Shown one piece after another: positions 44,227-52,974 of a stretch of DNA of 64,000 nucleotides. The notes beneath the pieces were generated by a model. The model had not been told where the DNA came from, searched no databases, and worked only from the letters and a program-made list of their open reading frames with translations. Made by a program: the position numbers and the translations under genes. Location of the stretch: assembly GCA_030154025.1 (NCBI GenBank), contig JASKKT010000002.1, forward strand, positions 4,958-68,957. Reading direction: 5' to 3'. Every line of letters begins with the position of its first letter. Position 1 is the first letter of the stretch. Source of the DNA: Methanolobus sp. (GTDB lineage Archaea > Halobacteriota > Methanosarcinia > Methanosarcinales > Methanosarcinaceae).

Positions 44227-45333
44227 TCAATAGGACGGGTCCATGCCATTTATCTGTGAGAAGGCCCTGTCAACTTCCTTCATACTGTCGACCCTCTCTT
44301 TCTTCTGGCGCTCGTAGTTGATAGCCTCAACAGCTATGGCATACAGGTTCTCGAGTTCTACCGCCGACTCCAGGGTCAGCACGGTGAGCGCCTGAGGCAG
44401 CTCGTCGTTGCGCACAATGATCCCTTTGAATACCTGACCTACGCAGCTTGAAAGCTGTTCCACTTCAGATGAGACCTCATCGATGCTCATGTATTTCCTG
44501 TCACCTTTGAGAATTATCATCGACCTGCTTGCTTCCTGGTAGGCGTCTGTCGAGAAGAGCATACCTTCCGGCGAAAGAGCATTCTTTATAACGGACTTGA
44601 TAGGCATTTCAGCTTCGGCTTCATAGAAGCCAATCGTTGCGAGCCCGGCACCGCCGCTCATTACGGTCTTGAAATCACCAAGGTCGGTGACCATCATCAT
44701 TTCGCTGTCAAGGGCATCCATCAGGAACAGAAGCCTTTTGGCTATCATATCGTTAATGCCATTGTAGGCCGACTCCACATTCCCGCCCATCTGCTTGAGG
44801 AACTGGTTATCAGCAAGGATGATACCATCAGCGCCACTCTCACGCAGATCCTTCAGGCAGAAGGCCGCATTCTGCAGGTAAAGTGTCCCTTCTTCCCTGA
44901 AAGGCAGGACAACGAGCGCATAGATCGGATAGTTGCATTTCTCCTTGAGCTCCCTTATCAGCAGGGGGGTAAAGGAAGATCCAGTGCCTCCTGAAGCTGA
45001 GGTTATGACAAAGGCAACATCAAAGTCCCCTCTGTCCTGAATGTTCTTCATGATAAGGGTCTTATTGTCCTCAAAGACGTGTTTACCTACGTTCCGGTTT
45101 GCACCTACACCATGTAAGTGAGGCGTGTGTATCCTGTCCTTTGCCTTGGTGAACTTCATTTCCTTAAGATCGTTCACCGCAGTGTTGATCGCAATCGTCT
45201 GCACGTTGCTTTTGTATTTCTGCTGGGACAGGTATTTGGCAAAGCGTCCCTTGGTGCCAAAAGCTTCCCTGTTGATAGCGTCAAGGATACGGTTTCCGCA
45301 TTGTCCGTTTCCGATTACTAATATGTTGAGCAA
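44227..45333 (-). CDS. Tubulin/FtsZ-superfamily GTPase, CetZ-like
   Basis: 368 aa. T1 loop GNGQCGN (tubulin-like), T4 loop SASGGTGSS, and a GVGANRNVGK block. TTG start at 45333, with GGAGG 6 nt upstream. Confidence 0.8.
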   Translation of the reverse strand: MLNILVIGNGQCGNRILDAINREAFGTKGRFAKYLSQQKYKSNVQTIAINTAVNDLKEMKFTKAKDRIHTPHLHGVGANRNVGKHVFEDNKTLIMKNIQDRGDFDVAFVITSASGGTGSSFTPLLIRELKEKCNYPIYALVVLPFREEGTLYLQNAAFCLKDLRESGADGIILADNQFLKQMGGNVESAYNGINDMIAKRLLFLMDALDSEMMMVTDLGDFKTVMSGGAGLATIGFYEAEAEMPIKSVIKNALSPEGMLFSTDAYQEASRSMIILKGDRKYMSIDEVSSEVEQLSSCVGQVFKGIIVRNDELPQALTVLTLESAVELENLYAIAVEAINYERQKKERVDSMKEVDRAFSQINGMDPSY

Positions 45334-45406
45334 GAGAGTCCTCCTATAATAAATATAATATTGATATAATAAATGTTGTGCTTAAAGTCTTCTATTATAA
45401 CCTGTG

Positions 45407-46666
45407 TTAGAACTTGTACTGCCTGTGCTTGTAGAAGAACCAGCCTGCAAGGATACCGATCAAGAGTAAGGGAACCAGATAGACGTAGACAGGTTGCTCA
45501 AGCAGGTAATCGTATTTCCCTTCCTTAACGTATATTGCATTGGTCATGGAAGTCGAGCTGGCACTTTGGAGGTTAGGGTTCACTCCATCATTGAAACTGT
45601 AATAGTTTTGGGTAGAGACAGTATAAGTACCTTCATCCACGGCCTTCAGACGAAATGCAATCTCTTTTTCTTGTTGCATGCCAAATGATTCCATATAAAT
45701 AGTAGGTACACCGGAGATTATTTCTATACTGGAATCACCATCTACGTATTTTAATCCAGCTGGCACTAACAGACTGATTTTTACACCGCTTGCTGAAGAC
45801 TCGCCAATGTTCTTCATCCTGATAGTTCCCTGAAGGTTGCCCCTGCGGTCCACAGTGTACTTATCCAGAGATACCGTAACATCCAGATTGGCTTTCCTGC
45901 TACTGTCCTCAACCACTACGGTCGGACTATTGGAAGATGCCTGAGGGAGTTCATCGCCTACGTTGTTGGAATAAATAGCAGTAGTAGGGTTAAGAACGAA
46001 TGTCCCGGCTTCAGTTGCTTTAAGAGTATATACATAAACCAGTCGTGTTTCTCCTTTTGTAATTATTGTCTGTCCGGTAGGAGCTATCAGAGTTTGCTGT
46101 AAAACGAACTTAGCCGGAGTGGGATCGGAAAAAATAATCTTTTCTGCGTCACCGTCCCCTTTGTTTGTTACTGATACTTTTATAGTTACTTCATCCCCTA
46201 CCCCCATCGTAGCCGGTTCGACGGTTTTTGTTATATCAAGAACTGGTGTTTTAGGGAACACAGCATTAGTATGACCACCATCAACTTTACCTAGCGTTTT
46301 AGTATTGATAAAACTCGAATCAGTGACAGTTATCGATAATTTGGCAGGACCTTTGAGACCTGAATATACAGACACTAAATTCACTTTTACATCCTCACCC
46401 TCAACTTTAAATGTGAAGGAATCCCCTACGGATAAGAACTTATCATATTTTGGAGTTTTACTTTCACCTTCATACACATAGATAGTTGCAACTTCACTAC
46501 TATAGATTACATCGGCCACTTCGATGAAGTAGTTATTTATCTGGTATCCGCTACCCACGTCAATTGTGTCATTGAATAGTATCTTCCCGGAGGCACCGCC
46601 TGCCGAGATTAGCATTAAGAATACAGCCAGTGACATGAAAGTAAGTGTTTTTCCAAAATGATTCAT
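45407..46666 (-). CDS. Secreted DUF11/CARDB-repeat surface protein with a C-terminal TM anchor
   Basis: 419 aa with a signal peptide (AVFLMLISAGGASG), repeats such as ITKTVEPATMGVGDEVTIKVSVTNKGDGDAEKI, and a C-terminal TM plus YKHRQYKF. GC content is markedly lower than in its neighbours. Confidence 0.7.
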   Translation of the reverse strand: MNHFGKTLTFMSLAVFLMLISAGGASGKILFNDTIDVGSGYQINNYFIEVADVIYSSEVATIYVYEGESKTPKYDKFLSVGDSFTFKVEGEDVKVNLVSVYSGLKGPAKLSITVTDSSFINTKTLGKVDGGHTNAVFPKTPVLDITKTVEPATMGVGDEVTIKVSVTNKGDGDAEKIIFSDPTPAKFVLQQTLIAPTGQTIITKGETRLVYVYTLKATEAGTFVLNPTTAIYSNNVGDELPQASSNSPTVVVEDSSRKANLDVTVSLDKYTVDRRGNLQGTIRMKNIGESSASGVKISLLVPAGLKYVDGDSSIEIISGVPTIYMESFGMQQEKEIAFRLKAVDEGTYTVSTQNYYSFNDGVNPNLQSASSTSMTNAIYVKEGKYDYLLEQPVYVYLVPLLLIGILAGWFFYKHRQYKF

Positions 46667-46780
46667 GTTCCCTCAAACCATAAGCCATTATCAAATCTAG
46701 TTACGTATAACTTGATAAGTATGCTGTGTTTAATATAAAGGTTGTGTTATCTAATCGTAGGATGTAGGAAGTAATATCTA

Positions 46781-47620
46781 TTAAATCTTGCTCTTTTGGT
46801 CGGAAAATTCAAGGCTGACATCTATCCAGCGGGCCTGGTGTATAAGCGAACCCATGGAAATTACATCAACACCTGTCCTGGCATAGGCATCAAGATCATC
46901 GGGGCCGATACCTCCGGATACTTCAAGCACTATGTGTCCGGCAATTCCGGCCTTCCTGAGACTGGCCATCGTTTGAGCGACCTGAGAGGGGGTCATGTTA
47001 TCCAGCATTATGATGTCAGCTCCCAGGGACGCAGCCTTTAACGCATCCTCTGCCGACTCGACCTCGATCTCTATCTTCTGGGTAAAGCTTGCCTTCTGCC
47101 TTGCAGATCTCAGGGCAGCCTCAACACCCATCATATTGACATGGTTGTCCTTGATCATGACAGTATCCGAGAGGTTGAACCTGTGCGGGTCGCCACCTCC
47201 TGCAACGACTGCCAGCTTCTCATACTTGCGCAGGCCGGGAGTTGTTTTCCTGGTACAGGCGATCCTGACACCTGGTACAGACGCAACTGTGTCCACACAC
47301 CTGCGCGTCAGTGTCGCAATGCCACACAAGTGGCCCAGGAAATTGAGAACCAGGCGCTCTGCCCTGAGTATGGATACCGAGCTGCCGGAGAGAGTGAATA
47401 TAATAGTTCCTTTTGCAAGCCTGTCACCATCCGAGAGGGTGGTAACGGCATGTATTCCGAGATAGTCAAAGAAGGACCTTGCAACATCCAGCCCGGCCAG
47501 GACACAATCCTCTTTTGTGAAAATGACAGCTTCTACCTCCCTGTCAGGAACAAGTGTACAGGATATGTCATTAGATCCAAGGTCTTCCTCCAGAAAACGT
47601 TCTATTTCAGTTATGAGCAT
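46781..47620 (-). CDS. nadC: Nicotinate-nucleotide pyrophosphorylase (carboxylating), NadC
   Basis: 279 aa with the typical blocks RKTTPGLR, GGGDPHRFNLSD and MLDNM. Confidence 0.9.
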   Translation of the reverse strand: MLITEIERFLEEDLGSNDISCTLVPDREVEAVIFTKEDCVLAGLDVARSFFDYLGIHAVTTLSDGDRLAKGTIIFTLSGSSVSILRAERLVLNFLGHLCGIATLTRRCVDTVASVPGVRIACTRKTTPGLRKYEKLAVVAGGGDPHRFNLSDTVMIKDNHVNMMGVEAALRSARQKASFTQKIEIEVESAEDALKAASLGADIIMLDNMTPSQVAQTMASLRKAGIAGHIVLEVSGGIGPDDLDAYARTGVDVISMGSLIHQARWIDVSLEFSDQKSKI

Positions 47621-47755
47621 CCTTTCTTCACCCTGGGATAATTATCTTCAAGAGATTTATATGCTTTCAGTTTGCAAGGAAAACCTACTTAAATAATCAA
47701 TGTAAGCAGTGGAGTAAAAATAGCGTTCATTGTACGCAATTCCATGGTGTGAAGG

Positions 47756-48571
47756 ATGCTCAGGATAGGAGTCGTAGGCTGCGGGACCATAGGCAAAGGG
47801 ATATGCAGGGCCATAGATGAAGGAGTCGTGAAAGCCGAACTTGTAGCGGTCTACGACAGGAATGCCTGCGATGCCGAGAAGCTCAGGGGACAGTTCAGCA
47901 GGTTCAGTCCTGAATTCATGGAAATTGCCGAAATGGTCAAGCACATCGACCTTCTTGTGGAATGTGCCTCACAGGAAGCGGTCCATGATGTTGTACCTCT
48001 TGCCCTGACTTCCCACTGCGACGTACTGATACTGAGCGTCGGGGCGCTTGCAGACGAAGGGCTGCGCAACAGGATAGAGGAGCTTGCATCAGAGAATAAC
48101 TGCAAGGTGTACCTCCCTTCCGGTGCCATTGCAGGCCTCGACGGCCTGAAGTCCGCATCAATCGGGGAGATCCACTCGGTCATTATCACAACACGGAAGC
48201 CACCGCGCGGGCTTGCAGGATCACCTTTTATTGTCATGAACAACATTGACCTGGATCGCATAAGCGACGCCACCGTGCTTTTCGAGGGACCGGCAAAGGA
48301 TGCTGTGAAAGCATTCCCTGCAAATGTCAATGTCGCAGCCACCTTAAGCGTTGCAGGAATAGGGTTTGAAAGAACCCTGGTGAGAGTGATCGCCGACCCT
48401 TCTGTCACGCGCAACATACACGAGATCACAGTCAAGGGTGCTTTCGGGGAATTCAGCTCAAGGGTGGAGAATGTCCCCTCCCCAGTTAACCCGAAGACCA
48501 GCTACCTAGCACAGCTGTCTGCAATCGCGACCTTGAAAAAGATATCAAGCCCCCTGCAGGTAGGAACCTGA
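47756..48571 (+). CDS. nadX: L-aspartate dehydrogenase (NadX)
   Basis: 271 aa with an N-terminal Rossmann motif [10 protein letters not shown] and the family blocks [11 protein letters not shown] and NVAATL. It lies next to nadA. Confidence 0.85.
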   Translation: MLRIGVVGCGTIGKGICRAIDEGVVKAELVAVYDRNACDAEKLRGQFSRFSPEFMEIAEMVKHIDLLVECASQEAVHDVVPLALTSHCDVLILSVGALADEGLRNRIEELASENNCKVYLPSGAIAGLDGLKSASIGEIHSVIITTRKPPRGLAGSPFIVMNNIDLDRISDATVLFEGPAKDAVKAFPANVNVAATLSVAGIGFERTLVRVIADPSVTRNIHEITVKGAFGEFSSRVENVPSPVNPKTSYLAQLSAIATLKKISSPLQVGT

Positions 48572-48605
48572 AGGGTCCCATTCATACATAAGCGGTCATC
48601 TGCCA

Positions 48606-49535
48606 GTGAATCCCATGCAGGACATGAAAAAGACAATAGAAAGGATCAATGAACTGAAAGGGCTGCGTAATGCAGTCATTCTCGCCCACAACTACGAGAG
48701 AGGCGAGATCCAGGATATAGCTGATTTCACAGGCGATTCCCTTGGACTCAGCCAGCAGGCCATGCAACTGGAAGCAGATATGATAGTATTCTGCGGCGTT
48801 CATTTCATGGCAGAGAGCGCTGCTATCCTGAGCCCTCATAAGACCGTACTGCTTCCGGAACTTTATGCAGGCTGCCCCATGGCTTCCATGGTCACGGCCT
48901 CAGCCCTGCGCGAAGAGAAGAAGAAACATCCCCAGGCTGCGGTCGTATGTTATGTGAACTCGACTGCGGAGGTCAAGGCAGAAAGTGACATATGCTGCAC
49001 CTCGGCAAATGCCATTGAGGTCGTCAACTCCCTTGAGGAGGAAGAGGTGCTCTTCGTACCCGACAGGAACCTTGCGGATTACGTAGCCCGTAACACGACC
49101 AAAAGAATAATTCCTTGGAGTGGCTACTGTCCCACGCACAACCAGATACTTGTGAGCGACATCATAAGGGCAAAAGAGGAGCATCCGGATGCAGAGGTGC
49201 TTGCCCACCCGGAGTGCCGCAGGGAGGTTCTTGAACTCTCCGACAGGATATTCAGTACCACCGGCATGCTTGATCACGTCAGCAGGTCGCCGGACGAGGA
49301 ATTCATCATTGCAACTGAAAAGGGCATCCTGCATAAGCTTAAGCAGGACAGTCCCGGCAAAAGATTCTATTTTGTATCAGAATTTGCCGTTTGCCCGGAA
49401 ATGAAAGCCATCGACCTTGAAGCTCTTTTTCTCAGTCTTGAGAGGATGCAGCATGTCATATCGGTCCCTGAGGACATAAGGGTCAGGGCGAGGCGCGCGC
49501 TTGACCGAATGCTTGCTGTCAAAAGGAACAGATAG
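48606..49535 (+). CDS. nadA: Quinolinate synthase NadA
   Basis: 309 aa with the blocks [40 protein letters not shown] and CTSANA. The start is GTG 48606 or an ATG shortly downstream. Confidence 0.9.
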   Translation: MNPMQDMKKTIERINELKGLRNAVILAHNYERGEIQDIADFTGDSLGLSQQAMQLEADMIVFCGVHFMAESAAILSPHKTVLLPELYAGCPMASMVTASALREEKKKHPQAAVVCYVNSTAEVKAESDICCTSANAIEVVNSLEEEEVLFVPDRNLADYVARNTTKRIIPWSGYCPTHNQILVSDIIRAKEEHPDAEVLAHPECRREVLELSDRIFSTTGMLDHVSRSPDEEFIIATEKGILHKLKQDSPGKRFYFVSEFAVCPEMKAIDLEALFLSLERMQHVISVPEDIRVRARRALDRMLAVKRNR

Positions 49536-49551
49536 GTACAGGAGCCTGAAA

Positions 49552-50403
49552 ATGAAAGCATACCTGGAACTGATGCGCTATGGCAATTGCATCATGGCTG
49601 CAATAGCAGCCACCATTGGAGTGTTCATTGCATACAATATACTGGCAACTAATGCCCCGGATACTGTGCTCTTTCCCTTCTACGGGTCTGCCCTGGTCTT
49701 CCTCACCGTTTTCCTGGTGACAGGAGCCGGGAATGCCATTAATGACTATTACGATGTTGAGATAGACCAGATCAACAAGCCAAACAGGCCAATCCCTTCC
49801 GGAAGGATCAGCATCCCGGCAGCCTTATATTTCTCGCTTGCACTGTTTGCGGCGGGAACTGCATGTGCCTTTCTTATCAACATCCCCTGCGGACTCATAG
49901 CACTCTTCAACTCCCTGCTATTGATATACTATGCAAGCACGCTCAAACGCACAGCACTCCTCGGGAACCTTACAGTGGGTTATCTCACCGGATCGACATT
50001 CCTGTTCGGAGGTGCAGTCTTCTTTGAGAGAGGAGGGCTTGAAAGCGTGTTCGTGCTTTTCCTGCTCGCCACTCTTGCAACGGTTGCCAGGGAGATAGTC
50101 AAGGATATCGAGGACATGGACGGGGATAGGAAAGACGGCGCACGCACCCTGCCCATAGTTATCGGGGCCAGGAGGTCGGCATACCTTGCAGCTTCCATAG
50201 GCCTTGTGGCTGTACTGGCCAGTCCGCTGCCCTACCTGCAGTCCCTCATGAGTGTGAGGTACCTATTCCTGGTAGCTGTGGCCGACCTGCTGTTTGCGGT
50301 CGCTGTCTACAGGATACTGGGAAAAAGCGATCCTGCCGGGTCTTCCCGCATGTTCAAGATGGCAATGGCCTTTGCACTGATATCGTTCCTTGCCGGGGCC
50401 TGA
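49552..50403 (+). CDS. Digeranylgeranylglyceryl phosphate synthase (UbiA prenyltransferase family)
   Basis: [19 protein letters not shown]..., an Asp-rich motif [24 protein letters not shown], and a second motif [18 protein letters not shown]. Confidence 0.85.
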   Translation: MKAYLELMRYGNCIMAAIAATIGVFIAYNILATNAPDTVLFPFYGSALVFLTVFLVTGAGNAINDYYDVEIDQINKPNRPIPSGRISIPAALYFSLALFAAGTACAFLINIPCGLIALFNSLLLIYYASTLKRTALLGNLTVGYLTGSTFLFGGAVFFERGGLESVFVLFLLATLATVAREIVKDIEDMDGDRKDGARTLPIVIGARRSAYLAASIGLVAVLASPLPYLQSLMSVRYLFLVAVADLLFAVAVYRILGKSDPAGSSRMFKMAMAFALISFLAGA

Positions 50404-50410
50404 GGCAGGC

Positions 50411-51625
50411 CTAATAGAGCGATATCATTCCCCTCGCAAGCTCCATGGTGAACTGCTGGATATTCTCCAGTTCGGTATCAATTACCTCCGTGACCTCTTC
50501 CCTCACAGATTCCACAGTACCTTTTTTCATTACCAGCTGCGCTGCCGCGACCTTTGGCTGATCGATTGGAACACCTATGTCGCTCAGAAGCCAGACGAAG
50601 GCCTCTTCCACATCCGGCACGTTGGTGTATATCCTGTCGGCTATCCGGTGAGAGAGTATATTGTATATCTTGCCCACATGGCTTACAGGATTCTTGCCGG
50701 CTGCTGCCTCACTGCTTGCCGGGCGGGTGAGAGAGATGATACCATTGACACGGTTGCCGCGACCAACCTGACCGCAGTCTGCGTCCTCGGCCGAAGTACC
50801 TGTGACACTGGTATAGATGCCCTCCAGGCCGCGTCCGGGAACATCGAGGTTGTTCAGTTTGAGGGAGGTGTTCACTGAAACCTCCTTTTCCTCCAGGTAG
50901 TCGGCCATGTGGACCTGTATTGCGTCCAGCAGGTCATCCTTCATCCGGAAGTAGTGTTCCTCGGACTCAACAAAAGTGTCTATAAGAGGCATTGCCACGG
51001 TTATGTCGAAGTTCTTGCCCCTCCTGACACCCATCACCTTGATATCTTCACCCGATTCGGGATACTTTTCCTTGAAATCCGCAGAGTTGAGATACTTCTC
51101 AGTATCCAGCACCATCCTCTCCGTAAAGGACAGGGGTGCATAACCCACAGCTGCAGAAGTATCATTTGCCCCCAGGAGTTCACCTCCCCTCCTGAAAATG
51201 TCTGTCAGTTCCGAGGAGCCGGGCTTGAGCTCCACCTGGTAGTCAACATGCTCTGGCTTGACAAAACGCAGGTTCTCGTCAAACCAGCCAGCAGCCGTAT
51301 CGATGGCTATACCGCATACGTCTATCTCCTCTCCCTCCACCTCGAAGGTAGCACGGTCACCGATAACCAGCAGCATGGGGTTTACCACCATACCACCGCC
51401 AAAGATACCTGCCGTCTCCCCGGCAACGAGCAGGCACTTGTCCGTGTTATGGTGAAGTATGGTGCCAAAACGCTGCAGATACTCCCCGGACAGGTTCACA
51501 GAGATCCTGTCCATTACGGCATCGCATATGCTGTCAGGATGTCCTTTTCCTTTCCTTTCCACAATTTCAAGGTTCTGCGCAGCAGCACAGGATGCCCTGA
51601 ACTCCTCTATTGAAATATTCCTCAT
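50411..51625 (-). CDS. metK: S-adenosylmethionine synthetase, archaeal type
   Basis: 404 aa. VERKGKGHPDSICD at the N-terminus and overall length are typical of the archaeal MAT family. Confidence 0.9.
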   Translation of the reverse strand: MRNISIEEFRASCAAAQNLEIVERKGKGHPDSICDAVMDRISVNLSGEYLQRFGTILHHNTDKCLLVAGETAGIFGGGMVVNPMLLVIGDRATFEVEGEEIDVCGIAIDTAAGWFDENLRFVKPEHVDYQVELKPGSSELTDIFRRGGELLGANDTSAAVGYAPLSFTERMVLDTEKYLNSADFKEKYPESGEDIKVMGVRRGKNFDITVAMPLIDTFVESEEHYFRMKDDLLDAIQVHMADYLEEKEVSVNTSLKLNNLDVPGRGLEGIYTSVTGTSAEDADCGQVGRGNRVNGIISLTRPASSEAAAGKNPVSHVGKIYNILSHRIADRIYTNVPDVEEAFVWLLSDIGVPIDQPKVAAAQLVMKKGTVESVREEVTEVIDTELENIQQFTMELARGMISLY

Positions 51626-51715
51626 TTATTAACCCCCATGTACCCCTACATGTGCTCCTGTCATTTAGATATGGTCCCCATGGCTGATAGCCGTGCCAGG
51701 ATGCCTTATAGTTGA

Positions 51716-52426
51716 TCAGATATCCGATTCCCTGTCCAGGGGAAGAGTGGCTAAAGGTGCATGTTCCAGGTACTCCTGCAATATCATGGGAAATGTGCTT
51801 GCAGGAACGAACCTTACCCCAAGCTCCTCGGCCCATTTCTGTATACCGAAATCACTCGCGACAACCGCTGCCTCGAGCTCCCTGGCAAGGATAAGCACGT
51901 CAATATCAGGAGCGCTGTCAAGAATGCCGTAACGCAGGGCGCTGCGGTACTTGTTCCTGAACTTGCCGATATGGACACCGATGACGCCACGCTCTATCTC
52001 GGCCTCAATATCCTTCTTGTTATCTACTTTGGTCTGGATGAGCAGGCAGTCCGTGGACGATTCCCATATTGTCTCCTCAGCAATTACCATTCCCTTGTTT
52101 ATGCGTTCTCTCATGTGAGAGACATACTCATGGAACACCTTGGACGGGATCTGCACATTATACCTGTCAGGAGCCTTTTTCACAAGCCACGTGTCTATCT
52201 TTGCTATCACATCGGCATCGCAGCCGTTGTTCTGTGCGAACTCACGCAGCTCGTTATACACTGAAGGAAAAGGTACATAGCAACTGATGCCAAGCTGCAG
52301 GCGTGCAGAAGCTATCAGTTCCAGCACTTTCCTCATTCCGTCACACATGCCTGCAACATCCAGCTTCTCGCGGGCCTGCAGGTCGGTGAGTGCAGTAGTA
52401 TCCAGAACAAAACGCTGCCTTAACAT
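51716..52426 (-). CDS. PIN-domain 'RNA ligase partner' family protein (UPF0278)
   Basis: [15 protein letters not shown]... is the characteristic family N-terminus. The track start at 52447 adds 7 residues. Confidence 0.7.
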   Translation of the reverse strand: MLRQRFVLDTTALTDLQAREKLDVAGMCDGMRKVLELIASARLQLGISCYVPFPSVYNELREFAQNNGCDADVIAKIDTWLVKKAPDRYNVQIPSKVFHEYVSHMRERINKGMVIAEETIWESSTDCLLIQTKVDNKKDIEAEIERGVIGVHIGKFRNKYRSALRYGILDSAPDIDVLILARELEAAVVASDFGIQKWAEELGVRFVPASTFPMILQEYLEHAPLATLPLDRESDI

Positions 52427-52602
52427 ATTACTCTCCGGATTAAGCACAGGCTTCCTCTAAGAGGAGCCTTACAAGTAATAAAGGGAGCCGTAAGGTTAAG
52501 TATTTTTGCTAGTCCCGGAAACTGCGGAGATACAAATTGAAGTACATCAAAATAAATATATATACCCTCTAATTTAAACAGTATATCATAGTTCAGGATA
52601 AT

Positions 52603-52974
52603 ATGACCAGAATACTTGTTGTAGAAGACAATCCCATGAATATGGAACTTGTCACCTTCATTCTTACAGCTGGGGGCTTCGAGGTCACGCAAGCTTTTGA
52701 CGGACCGGAAGCACTTGACAAAATAAGGGACAGCTGTTTCGACATCATACTGCTGGATATCCAGTTGCCGGGGATGGACGGCATCGAAGTGATAAGACAC
52801 ATAGACAGCAACATTCTCTTCAAGACCCCGATAATCGCCTTGACAGCTCATGCAATGCAGGGAGACGAACAGAGGTTCATCAATGCTGGCTGTTCCGGAT
52901 ATATATCAAAGCCAATTGATGTTACTACCTTTACAGGCAGGGTTCTTTCATACGTGACAGATGGAGGAAAATAA
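52603..52974 (+). CDS. Single-domain response regulator (CheY-like receiver)
   Basis: 123 aa with ILVVEDN, DIILLDIQLPGMDG, ALTAHA and ISKP. Confidence 0.9.
   Translation: MTRILVVEDNPMNMELVTFILTAGGFEVTQAFDGPEALDKIRDSCFDIILLDIQLPGMDGIEVIRHIDSNILFKTPIIALTAHAMQGDEQRFINAGCSGYISKPIDVTTFTGRVLSYVTDGGK

Noticed and set aside
47851-48435. A 194-aa minus-strand ORF within nadX
   Set aside because: It is an antisense shadow ORF. nadX has a clear Rossmann motif and sits in operon context with nadA.
50909-51613. A 234-aa plus-strand ORF within the SAM synthetase gene
   Set aside because: It is an antisense shadow of a confidently identified gene.
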